Shown: positions 1 through 9,003 of the stretch, one piece after another | Numbering within the stretch: the stretch's first letter is position 1 | Layout of the letters: every line of letters starts with the position of its first letter | Source of the DNA: Nitrososphaerota archaeon | Lineage (GTDB): Archaea; Thermoproteota; Nitrososphaeria_A; Caldarchaeales; Caldarchaeaceae | NCBI GenBank assembly: GCA_041641305.1 | Contig: JBEPYN010000002.1 | Coordinates: 448,001 to 512,000, forward strand | Direction of reading: 5' to 3' | DNA: 64,000 nucleotides | Translations under genes and position numbers: made by a program | The notes under the pieces: model-generated | Told to the model about the DNA's origin: nothing | The model's database searches: none | The model's input: the letters and a program-made list of their open reading frames with translations, nothing else

Positions 1-659
1 GCGACATCGTCAAGACTGCAGGGCTTTGCCTCCCCAGCGCTGCAAGCTATCAGGCCTATGGCCGGTATGTAGGGGCCGGCGGCTGCGAAGGCCAAAGACG
101 CCGCCAGAAGCCAGCCGCCTATACCCTTCAGCTTCCCACCGGGAACCGCTAAAAGCGCCACACCTATCGGCGCAAGGGCGACCGCTAAGCTTCCGAAAAC
201 GGTCAGGAACACCATCAGAGTGAAGCCTGTGATTAACGTGACAGAGAGCGCGAGCCCCGGCAGAGAGGCGATTACGCTAAAGATGTTGGCTATCGCCGGC
301 CCCACTATAGGTATCAGAGCAGTACCCATTCCTATGCCCGTAATGATGGCCAAAATGGTGAAAGCCTTCATACCAAGCCCCATGTATATGTCAGGTAGTG
401 AAGCACAGGGCGTCCTCTCCGCAGAAATAGCTTGGGACACCATGCCGACTATGCCGTTGAAGGAGTTAGCCGTCCCGAGGATAGCTATGAAGCCGGCTGA
501 GACGAGGGCATAGCTGATAAGCTGTCCACCCCAAGAACTTCCATGACCTCCGGGTAGGGGCAGCTTGTGTAGGGCGAGTCCAATCCCATAGCCTATGGCT
601 ATAAGCGACCAAGCAACAGCCGCCCAGGCTCCAAGCCCGGAGTATTCGCAGGCTATCAC
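1..659 (-). CDS. Multi-pass membrane protein, CedA/VirB6-like (3' end outside window)
   Basis: Manual translation from GTG 659 (RBS GAGGTGG upstream) is open to the window edge: MIACEYSGLGAWAAVAWSLIAIGYGIGLALHKLPLPGGHGSSWGGQLISYAL..., many TM segments. The LPLP..WG..LI pattern resembles the CedA N-terminus. Confidence 0.65.
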   Translation of the reverse strand, partial: MIACEYSGLGAWAAVAWSLIAIGYGIGLALHKLPLPGGHGSSWGGQLISYALVSAGFIAILGTANSFNGIVGMVSQAISAERTPCASLPDIYMGLGMKAFTILAIITGIGMGTALIPIVGPAIANIFSVIASLPGLALSVTLITGFTLMVFLTVFGSLAVALAPIGVALLAVPGGKLKGIGGWLLAASLAFAAAGPYIPAIGLIACSAGEAKPCSLDDV

Positions 660-731
660 GGATAACCACCTCTAACCATAAACCATATTTTGAAAAAATA
701 TGGAGGGGGTTGGCCCCAACATGTTCACCTA

Positions 732-1175
732 CTAGAATCGGGGCACCTCCCATGGGCTGCTCGGCTGCGGCGGCGTGGTACCAAAGCCAGCGCCTGTCGT
801 GGCCACGGTTGCGGCAAAGTAGAGCAGGTAGACGCCTAGGGCTGCCAGCCCGGCGAGTATCAGGGCGCTGTCAAGAAGCTGGCCGCCGGCGTCCTTGGTT
901 CTATGGCTCCCCGTCGGCAGGAACTTTAATGCTAGACCTGAGCCCAGCAACGCAGCCGCTATCAGGAGCAGGAGCTGCCCAAACCCTGACACCGCGCCCT
1001 GAAACGTGTTGGCTATCGCCGCAGGCCCTCCTCCTTGCCCCGTCTGTTGAGCCATTGCAGCAAGCAGCAGGTGCGCGTTGGCAGCCGCTAGGCTTATGGT
1101 CGTGGTCGCGAGCCGCAGCCTACCGCTTCTCAGCCCTTTTACGAGGTTTGACCCTTTCCGGGTGTGGTGCTTCAT
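732..1175 (-). CDS. CedA1/TedC/VirB2-like pilin precursor
   Basis: Basic leader, then two hydrophobic helices joined by LALKFLPTGSHRTKDAGGQLLDSAL, similar to CedA1-type pilins. ATG 1175 lies ~35 bp from a TATA-like element. Confidence 0.6.
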   Translation of the reverse strand: MKHHTRKGSNLVKGLRSGRLRLATTTISLAAANAHLLLAAMAQQTGQGGGPAAIANTFQGAVSGFGQLLLLIAAALLGSGLALKFLPTGSHRTKDAGGQLLDSALILAGLAALGVYLLYFAATVATTGAGFGTTPPQPSSPWEVPRF

Positions 1176-1196
1176 GGCTTTCTCGAGACCATCCTC

Positions 1197-1588
1197 AAAT
1201 ACGATAATACTTAAGCTTTGGCTGAATCTGAACACTTTTGGTCGGCCACCTAGGTCGGCCAGTTTGGTCGGCCACTCTGGTCGGCCAAAGCTTATAAAGG
1301 AGCATTTTTCATATAACCCCGTTATGGCCGCTTCTTAATATAGCTATGTTCGCATTTTTCGCACTTGGCTCTATAAGCCTTTTATCACCATTTCTTTACT
1401 TTTTAATACTTTTTCAGGAATTTTTTGGTTATCTGGTATTTTTTTGTGTGCAAATTACCTTCCGCATTATTGATAAGCTTATCGGTATGGTTTTTCATGT
1501 TGGTCGGCCACATACTGTATATATTTTTGCTGGTCGGCCAGTTTGGTCGGCCACTCTGGTCGGCCAAAGCTTAAGTATTATCGTGTTT
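1197..1588. promoter_or_regulatory. Divergent control region: 26-bp inverted repeat containing BRE/TATA-like elements plus 8 operator/iteron-like boxes
   Basis: AAATACGATAATACTTAAGCTTTGGC (1197-1222) versus GCCAAAGCTTAAGTATTATCGTGTTT (1563-1588), one mismatch. AT-rich core between the repeat clusters. Confidence 0.7.
1239..1566 (+). repeat. Eight (T/A)GGTCGGCCA boxes, mostly at a 13-bp period
   Basis: Copies start at 1239, 1252, 1265, 1278 and 1501, 1531, 1544, 1557. The box is an imperfect palindrome (TGGYCGRCCA). Confidence 0.95.
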
Positions 1589-1589
1589 T

Positions 1590-2545
1590 AGGGTTGTTGA
1601 ATCCATGCGAGATTCGATGAAGCCTGCGGCTGGCTGAGCCGGGATGGGGCGTCAGCGGAGCGCTCCGACGACGGGGTCCGGCAGGTACCCCGTCGCCCGA
1701 GGGCTGGGCGCCGGCATGCCTGGCCCAAGGTCCCAGGCATTCGCATGGATGAATGCCGAAGCCGGCGATGGATAGGTGGTCCGTGACGGAGAGGGGCTCC
1801 CCGGAGGGTGAGAAAGCCACGCACCACACCCGGAAACCCCGCCCAGGGAACCCCGTAGAATAAACCATCAAGCCCCCATATATTGTTTACCGGGGGTCTC
1901 GGGTGGGGTATATGATGGGTGTCCCGTGAGCGGTCGGGGTCAGGGCCCGGGGTCATCCCGGGTGAGGCTGGATGGTCCAGCAGCCTGCGACGGGTAGCCT
2001 CGGGAGCTTGGCGTGGTCCACCAGAGTATATCCGGGGGATTGTGGGATGATGGCTGGGGCTGGCTCGGCTGCCCAAGGGGGCTGGGCAGGGCTTGGATGG
2101 TTCATCCAAGTGGGTGCTACCCCGCCGGAGCTGGTGCAGCCGGCTGGTGTCCATCCCTTGGACGGTTTATCCAAGGGGGTGACGCCGGCCCAACCCAGAG
2201 CCATTAGAATCACTAGAATGTCCTCTCCGTCTTCTCTGGGCTTCCGCGTCCGGGTTGAAGCCGCCCGCCCAGAAGCCGCTACAGATAACAGCCCCACACG
2301 GACCGGGGTGCGGCGAAGAGGCGGCTAAAGACCCGGGACAAGGGGGAGAACGGTTGGCTGATTCTCCCCGCCATCCCGGAGCCCACACCCGGGAAACTCT
2401 TCCCGGCAACGCCCGTTCACGCGGGCGGGGGGCTCAACAACACAATGCCCCCCGAAGATGCCAGGGAAACTCCGGAGGTGGGCTCTCCGGAATTGTCGTC
2501 CGGCGGGGGGAGACGCCCTCGATGGCCCGTCGGGGTTGCGAGGTG
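1590..2545 (+). ncRNA. Candidate long structured non-coding RNA or leader
   Basis: Starts just downstream of the TATA-like element at 1570-1577. Very GC-rich with nested stems (1601-1610/1741-1750, 1669-1677/1687-1695, 1716-1723/1733-1740, 2092-2110, 2155-2177, several in 2270-2535). No convincing ORF. Confidence 0.45.
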
Positions 2546-2561
2546 AAAGAGAAATGAAGAC

Positions 2562-2813
2562 ATGATGATTCTTTTGCTTGACGGCGGCTCTATCAGTGCA
2601 TCGATAGCAAGCGCTATAAGAGATGTGATTCTGTTGATTTTCGACATCCTGACCCCGATAATCAATATAATCGGGGTCGGCATGATTGCAATAGGGCTCC
2701 TGCTGGGGCTCGGACTCCGGCAGGAGTTCCTCGGCTTCCGATTAGCTATCGGCGGAGCGCTGGCTCTTCTAACTGTCCATGTTCTAGTGCCATTTTTATT
2801 GTCATTCATCTGA
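2562..2813 (+). CDS. Small hydrophobic pilin-like (VirB2/TrbC-like) membrane protein
   Basis: 83 aa, two to three hydrophobic helices, GAGGTGA upstream. Confidence 0.65.
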   Translation: MMILLLDGGSISASIASAIRDVILLIFDILTPIINIIGVGMIAIGLLLGLGLRQEFLGFRLAIGGALALLTVHVLVPFLLSFI

Positions 2814-2997
2814 CTTCTCTGACCTCTTAGCGACCCAAACTCCCCTCCTTTTTTTCCGTGGAGGCTTTCTCCCCCCTTTCGTATTGTCTGTTAGTGTCCG
2901 CCCTCGCGGGCGGAGCCTCCGGTCCCCGAGTCCGGGAGGCTTCCGCCCTTGTGGGGGAGAGGGGCGGAGAAGCCTCCCGGCGGGAGGGGTGAAAGAC

Positions 2998-3135
2998 ATG
3001 AGTGACTTCCAGAAGGTGTGGGGAAGCGAGGACAGCTTCTTAACCTACCAAGCCAAAACTCGGAGGTCATACCTCCGAGTCCGGGCTAGTAGGTGGGAGG
3101 AGCTCGTCCTCCATCTCCAGAACCAGCTCTTTTGA
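2998..3135 (+). CDS. Small hypothetical protein (45 aa)
   Basis: GGGGTGA RBS then ATG 2998; followed by a C-rich/T-run terminator-like tract. Confidence 0.5.
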   Translation: MSDFQKVWGSEDSFLTYQAKTRRSYLRVRASRWEELVLHLQNQLF

Positions 3136-3273
3136 CTGGCTGTGACAGCGCCAGCCAGCCAAAACACCCCTTCTTTTTTTCCTTCATATGCCCATACGCC
3201 TGAAACATGGCGTCCACCCCATAATCATTAAATGGGGTGGCGGGGGTGGTTGGCTGGCTCGCGCCTGGCTCCA

Positions 3274-3557
3274 TGCCCGTGTGCTGGGGCTGCATAGGCC
3301 TTGCCCGTGAGCGGGTCTATGCATCCTGCGCCCTATACACCGGCCACCCCCGCAGGGTCTTGCCCGTGTGCGGGCCCTGTGGTGAGCTTGCCCGTGAGCG
3401 GCTCCGGTGTGTGGGGGGCCTGCTTGCCCGTGTGCGGCGGCTGTCTGCAGGCAGGCGCTTGAGGCGGGTGACAGGGATGTCTCCTGCACCATGTGTTTGC
3501 CGGACTTGCCCGTGAGCGGTCGGCATACATGTGGGGAGCCTTCCTGCCCGTGCGCGG
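3274..3557 (+). repeat. Seven TGCCCGTG(A/T/C)GC(G/T)G direct repeats, irregular spacing
   Basis: Copies at 3274, 3302, 3361, 3389, 3425, 3507, 3545. Confidence 0.9.
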
Positions 3558-4199
3558 TTGGCTCCAGCGGGAGACACCCAAGCAGACGACATACAGACGA
3601 TGTTCAGAGGTTGTTCAGATGCTCCGCCAAGGAAGCTCTCGGAGCCATCTTATCCATGGGAGAGGCATGGTGTCTCTTCCATGGGCTTACTCTATCAAGG
3701 CGCCGTGGGGGTGCTTTGATGGAGAGGCTCCTAGCCCTGTTGGCGGAGACAGGTGACGAATAATGCTTCCGAATATTTCTGACGACATCCCCGAAGATTG
3801 ACACTGGTTCCATGGATTAAGCAGCCGATTCAACAATACCTAGGAGATACAGAGGTTCAAGGTATTCTGATAAGCAGTCGGATGACTCTAGATAACTACA
3901 ATGGTCTCAACAGGTCTCTAATAAACGCCGACAAAAACAGGTCAAAGACTATCAACGATACTTAGCACCTCCCTCGGCGGGCCAACCCCGGGAACAGGGG
4001 CTGGGAGGATGCGGAGACTCTCCCGGGCCGCATAGGCCCGCCTCCCCACAAAAACACGGGGAGGGAAGATGACCCTCCAAATCCTCCAAAAAATCCCCTG
4101 GCTCCCGGGGGTAAGGTCTGGATGGCGACCAGGGACTCCGCGGATGGGCGGGTCCGACCCGTCCGTGGAAACACTGCCCATCGGCCATATGGTGTGGGG

Positions 4200-4466
4200 G
4201 TGCAGAAGAAGTTGACAAGTAGTCTGCTGGTACCCGGATTGATAGCTCTGGCATTGGTCTATGGGATACAGTTGGTCAACGAGGGGCATCTGTTCGAAGG
4301 TGTTCTGTTGATGGTTGTAGGTATCTTTGGCGGAGTGTATGCTGAATACCTTCTGCAGAGATGGCGCATGAGTTACTGTGACTACTGCGGGGGCAAGATG
4401 AGGAAAGATGTCGGCGGACTATACTACTGCGACAGATGCAGACGCTTCGCTCCTCGACGGGCCTAA
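4200..4466 (+). CDS. Two-TM membrane protein with C-terminal Zn ribbon
   Basis: GTG 4200; two TM helices; CDYC...CDRC. Confidence 0.7.
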   Translation: MQKKLTSSLLVPGLIALALVYGIQLVNEGHLFEGVLLMVVGIFGGVYAEYLLQRWRMSYCDYCGGKMRKDVGGLYYCDRCRRFAPRRA

Positions 4467-4480
4467 GAGGGCGTGCAGGC

Positions 4481-5944
4481 ATGTGGGCTAGAGTTTTTGT
4501 GACACTGATAATCATCTTTGGCTTCGTAGGGTACGCTTGGTATGCAGCCATGTTAGCCTCTCAGAGATTGTTTGAACGTGGAATCATCAAAGAATCACCT
4601 ATGCCAACAATAGATGTCAAAACAATAACAACACAGGTGGCTCAGTACACAGGCATCGCTGTAACCCTGCTAATGATAGCCATTGTGGTAAAGAGGGTCG
4701 TTGAATCGGGTAGACTTCTGGGCGTCATTAAAGTCTCCGACCTTCAGAGGCATCTACTACTGCTTGGACCAACCGGTAGCGGCAAAACAAACACTGCTAA
4801 ACAGGCGATTGCCTTAGCCGTACGTCGTGGTGTCAGGGTAATCGTCATCGACTGGAAAGCCCTCTTCTCTCCGCCAGCGTTTTTCACGTCTCCCCAGCTC
4901 AGTTCCGCCGCATAGGGTTCGCGTGGAGCTTCTGGCGGAGCTGGGAGGGCCCAGAAAGGCGAGTACGTTAACTTCATCAAGGGAGCCTCCGTCGTCAGGA
5001 AACTCAACGTGTGGGACAACGGTGGTAGGTCGCCGAAGGAATGCGCTGTCCTCGCTGTCGAGACATTGAGAGAAATTACACGCGATATCGCAGATGTTTC
5101 ATCCGCCAGCGCAGCCCTTCTCCTGAGGGAGCTTGTAAAGCTCTACGGGAGAGGGGTGCCGAAGACATCCGACGTAGTTTCAGCTCTTGAGAAGTTCATA
5201 AACACCGCAATGGCGGAGCGGAGACTTGCCGAGGCGAATATGGCTTCTGCATTGCTTAGAAGGATGATGTGGCTCCAGATAGACGAGGAGAGGCCTGCGA
5301 AGAACATCATAGGCTCTGACAGGGTTGTTGTCTACGACTTATCAGAGCTCGGAAGCGTCTACCTGAAAACCATCTACAGCCTCAGCATCCTTTCAAAGAC
5401 CTACTACGGGGCCCTTAGACAGGGACAGTCCCAGAAACTAGAGACGCTGGTGATTGCAGAAGAGTGCCAAAACTACATACGTGGTAGGCGTTTCGACGAG
5501 CCTCCGTCGATTGGTGAGAGAATGGCTAACGAGCTGAGGGCCTACGGCGTCGGCATGGTCCTGATAAGCCCGGACCCTGTCCAGATACCCTGGCACCTCG
5601 CCAGAGACGTTGCAGCAGTAATATCCATAGGACTTCAGGCGATACCCGACAGCGTCAAGGACCTGTTGAGAACAATTGACCCCAAACAGGCGAAGAGAGT
5701 AATGATGGGTAAGAAGGCCTACGTCTATTACAACGGCAAACTGAAGACAGCCTCTCCGCCCAAGCCTCCAAAAGAAATAGAACTAAACGTTGACGTAAAA
5801 GAGGTGATTGAAGAGACTAAGCCTGAGGAGACTGTCGAGACTACTGCTACACAACCAGACAACTCTGGGGCAGAGGAGAGTGTTCAGACAATGCCGATAG
5901 AGCAGAAGGAGCCTTTGGAGGAGGCCCAGAGAGGCGTGAATTGA
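4481..5944 (+). CDS. Membrane-anchored HerA/VirB4/CedB-like ATPase, spliced join(4481..4857,4957..5944), 454 aa
   Basis: Two N-terminal TMs, Walker A GPTGSGKT, IDWKGEY restored by splicing, Walker B LVIAEECQN, ELRAYGVGM motif. Confidence 0.85.
4858..4956 (+). other. 99-nt archaeal-type pre-mRNA intron (bulge-helix-loop) in the ATPase gene
   Basis: Central helix CTGG 4852-55/CCAG 4951-54; AAA at 4856-58 and 4955-57; inner stems GCCCTCTT/GGGAGGGC and CTCCGCCAG/CTGGCGGAG; in-frame TAG at 4913-15. Confidence 0.85.
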
Positions 5945-5990
5945 TAGAGAGCCGGGGAAACCTCCTCTAAGGCTTGAAGAAGATGAAGAG

Positions 5991-6755
5991 ATGGTCGATG
6001 AAGACGAAGAGCAGGTGACAGAGGCCCCGCATGGGCGCATACCCCCACGGGAGGGAGTCCCGCCAAGATGATGTGGTGGTTGTGAGCGCCCCGGGAAAGC
6101 CGAACCACAGACACAACAAGAAAAAGCAGAAGAGGAGCAGGCAGATGAAACCACTGGTGGATTCCCCCTCCACGGCCACATGGTCGTGGAGGAGGCTTTC
6201 GCTGACGAGTCGGTTCTACGATGTGTTAGATGTGGGGCTTCGGCCTCGCTGACAGAGGCTACACAACTCATGGAGAAGCCTTGCCAAGAACCTCGAATGA
6301 CGCAGGATAACCTTCAGACCCGGTGCGGATGTGGACGGCCGGCGACAAAGCTTATGCCGTCATACGACCCGATAACCATGACGTTTAAAGACCTCTGCCT
6401 GTGCGACGGCTGTGCCAACGACTACCTCAACATCCTCAGGAGGTCAGGCCCAGCCCTAGGCAAGATGAGGGGGAGAATACCTGCGAACGGCTATTGGTTC
6501 AACCTTTACAACACCGTCTTCCAGGAGCTGGCTGGGACATACCCGTGCCCAGCCTGCGACCAGTTCTTCGACGACCTGTATTCCGCGGTCAAACACTTCG
6601 GCGAAAAACACATCGACAAGACAAAGACTCCAGAGGAGGTTGTCATAGACGGGGTTCCCGCCCTTAGGACATGGCAATACATATGGTGTACAAAATGTCT
6701 GAGGTTCTTCGAGAACGAGCGACATTTCCGTTCACATCTCCGAGACCATAGGTGA
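5991..6755 (+). CDS. Multi-Zn-finger protein with acidic N-terminus, spliced join(5991..6031,6098..6755), 232 aa
   Basis: One frame interrupted by a single TGA inside a BHB-bounded insert. CxxC motifs and C2H2-like fingers (CPAC...HFGEKH, CTKC...HLRDH). Confidence 0.75.
6032..6097 (+). other. 66-nt canonical BHB pre-mRNA intron
   Basis: Outer GGC 6023-25/GCC 6099-6101; central CCCG/CGGG; bulges CAT 6030-32 and AAA 6096-98; inner GGGCGC/GCGCCC; in-frame TGA at 6069-71. Confidence 0.8.
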
Positions 6756-7120
6756 AGCAGATGAAGTTCAGGGGAAAAATTTACAGGGATGGGGGAAGGC
6801 TGAAGCTGGTCTTTGACAAGCCCCTCCCGCGTGGGAGGGTGACGCTGCTGCTGACGAGGGTGGACGGAAAGGCTATGGAGTTGAAGTTCGATACAATGAT
6901 AACCAACAACGACCCCTATCGATTAAAGTGTCGGTTGCCACCGTTCCCGGAGCTGAGGCCCGGGGCGGTGGTCGAAGGAATAATCGAAGACGAGCTTAGA
7001 TGCCGCTGGTGCGGAGCCAAGTGCTCCGCACTCATCAACAACCTCTGCGACCATTGTTTCGAGGTATTCAACAGCCCCTACAAACCCCCTCTGGGAGAGG
7101 GTTGGGGAAGGCTGACGTAG
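6752..7120 (+). CDS. Hypothetical protein with C-terminal Zn finger
   Basis: GTGA overlap with the upstream stop; CRWC...CDHC. Confidence 0.7.
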   Translation: MKQMKFRGKIYRDGGRLKLVFDKPLPRGRVTLLLTRVDGKAMELKFDTMITNNDPYRLKCRLPPFPELRPGAVVEGIIEDELRCRWCGAKCSALINNLCDHCFEVFNSPYKPPLGEGWGRLT

Positions 7121-7285
7121 ACCACCGGCCAAAAACCCCAACCTCCGGGCGGTGACCCGGGGTAAAACCCGGGCGCCCCCGGCTATTTTTTCCAAGGGGC
7201 GTGTCCCGTCGGGAGCTTTCCCGGCGGGGCATGCGCCCCCTTGGCCGGGAGGCTCCCTAAGAGGGCCGCTCCGGAGGTCTAAAAA

Positions 7286-8221
7286 ATGGGCAACAACGAG
7301 AAGTGGACTCTGCCGGTGGTCTATGGAAACCGGAGGGTTCGTAGGGAGCTCATCGAGGTGCTGATGACTGTTGAAGAGTACAACGGATACACGGTGCTTT
7401 ACCTATGGTTCCACTTCCCCTACGACTGGTTTACAGCGCTAAAACCCTATGACTGGGAGCCTGTTGCAATAGCGTTCAAAGACAGCCGACCCGCCAGAAT
7501 CTTCTGGAGACCTCACTGGGCGCTTAGATGCACACGGCCTGTACTTGTGGATAAGAAGACTGTTGTCTTCTACATAAGCCCCATCAAGGGAAACGCTCCG
7601 AGATGCTCCCACTTCGATGTACTGCGGTCCATACTGGAAGACCCGTCGACCTACGGAATACCTTATCGAAAGTTCAAAGAGCTACCGCTGAAAAGCCTTC
7701 TGAAGGATGGGTGGCCGCCCGAGCACGAAGCCCGCGCCGAAAGCTTCAGAGAATACGTTCACCGAGGCCTTGAAGACATAAAAAGATGCGGGGGCGTATA
7801 CAGCGTGGTAATGGGCTTCTTCACAGACCTCCTCAGGGCCTACCTTATGGCTAGGAGGAGAAACCTCGACGGCTTCTACTATTATCTTAAGACGGCATGG
7901 GAAAACACCACAGAGAGGTTCAGGAGGAGCGGACCCGGCTACGAGATGTACAACCTACTCGTCGCCGTCAAGTACCTGCTGATGCTGCAGAAAGCGACTG
8001 GTGAAGGGCCGACGGAGCGGTTCTGGCGGGACATGGAAGGCGACCCTATCCTTCCCCCAGTGGTTAGAGCGTTGACAGGCCACATCTGGTACCCCATAGG
8101 GTTGCTGATAGCAGATGGGTATACGCCAGCCCAGCCGTTCAAAGACTTCGTTGATAAAAAATGGAGACAATGGTTCAGAGACGCCCTCAAAGCCTGCAAT
8201 AAACACGCAAACGAAGCCTAA
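7286..8221 (+). CDS. Hypothetical protein (weak NPP1/Vps62-like YLWFHF..DW..DWEPV motif)
   Basis: 311-aa ORF with GGAGGT RBS; family assignment is tentative. Confidence 0.75.
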   Translation: MGNNEKWTLPVVYGNRRVRRELIEVLMTVEEYNGYTVLYLWFHFPYDWFTALKPYDWEPVAIAFKDSRPARIFWRPHWALRCTRPVLVDKKTVVFYISPIKGNAPRCSHFDVLRSILEDPSTYGIPYRKFKELPLKSLLKDGWPPEHEARAESFREYVHRGLEDIKRCGGVYSVVMGFFTDLLRAYLMARRRNLDGFYYYLKTAWENTTERFRRSGPGYEMYNLLVAVKYLLMLQKATGEGPTERFWRDMEGDPILPPVVRALTGHIWYPIGLLIADGYTPAQPFKDFVDKKWRQWFRDALKACNKHANEA

Positions 8222-8584
8222 ACCCCCCACCTTTTTTCCAAGCCACGTGGTCCCGTCTGGGGTTTTTCCCTGGGCGGGGCCATGTGGCTCCGCTCCGGGG
8301 GAGGCTCCATGATGGGTTGCGGCGTCCAACGCCCCTGTGACAGTCCCCGAGGCGTGTGAGCGCGTAGGGGATGAGGGGCGAGGGCCTGGCCGCCTCCTCC
8401 ACGTGGAGGCCGGGGTTTGACCAAGCCCCTTTCCCTCGGGCGCCATGCAGAGGGTTTGGGAGAGGTGTGGCTGAACACCGTGTTCCTATTCCCCTCATCA
8501 GGGAGGGGTGTCGGGGCACGGCTAGTAGGCCATGCTTCCCCAAATTCCTCTGCGTGGTTGTCGGAAAAAGGGGCTGGGGAGGTG

Positions 8585-8695
8585 ATGGATATGAAAAACT
8601 GGAAGAGGTGTTTAAAATGCGAAGAGTTGAACGACATAAACGCAGCATTCTGCCATTACTGCGGTAGAACGTTAGAAGACGCGGAGGAGGTCTAA
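8585..8695 (+). CDS. 36-aa Zn-ribbon protein
   Basis: GGAGGTG RBS; CLKC...CHYC. Confidence 0.65.
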   Translation: MDMKNWKRCLKCEELNDINAAFCHYCGRTLEDAEEV

Positions 8696-9001
8696 ATGTA
8701 CCTAGTGAAGCTGCACACGGACCTTCGGGTACAACGACTCGTCTCGCGACCAGTGGAGATATTCTTTGGAGACTTGGTGACGACGATACCGAAGTCGGCT
8801 ATAGTCTGCGATGCATGCAACCAACAGGTCGCAGTCACGGAGCAGGACCTGAAAAACTTAGCGATGGGGTACGCTGTTGTAGACGGGGAATTCATCCTAG
8901 AGGTCGTATGTGAGGAATGCAGACAGCGCTACTTCGACGACATCCCGGTGTTCGACACATTAGAGGATGCCGAGGAGGTCTACGAGAAGAAGGTGAGGTG
9001 A
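8696..9001 (+). CDS. Zn-finger protein (paralog of next ORF)
   Basis: CDAC...CEEC; abuts the upstream stop. Confidence 0.75.
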   Translation: MYLVKLHTDLRVQRLVSRPVEIFFGDLVTTIPKSAIVCDACNQQVAVTEQDLKNLAMGYAVVDGEFILEVVCEECRQRYFDDIPVFDTLEDAEEVYEKKVR

Positions 9002-9003
9002 AG

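Noticed and set aside
1239-1566. CRISPR or TIGR array
   Set aside because: Spacers are 3 bp and duplicated between clusters, which fits protein-binding boxes.
2379-2434. Group II intron domain V look-alike (GAGCC...GGGAAACTC)
   Set aside because: The pairing does not fit domain V, and there is no RT/maturase or domain VI.
1588-2557. Overlapping Pro/Gly/Arg-rich ORFs on both strands
   Set aside because: They are expected by-products of very high GC, with no RBS or recognisable motifs.
3274-3557. CRISPR array
   Set aside because: Repeats are only ~13 bp with irregular spacing, and there are no cas genes.
5948-5975. Possible 10-nt mini-intron (AGCC-GGGG-AAA...CCTC-TAA-GGCT)
   Set aside because: There is no inner helix, and removal does not create a productive frame.
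6163-6195. Hairpin over ATG 6180 as another intron
   Set aside because: No 4-bp central helix with 3-nt bulges, and the frame is already open.
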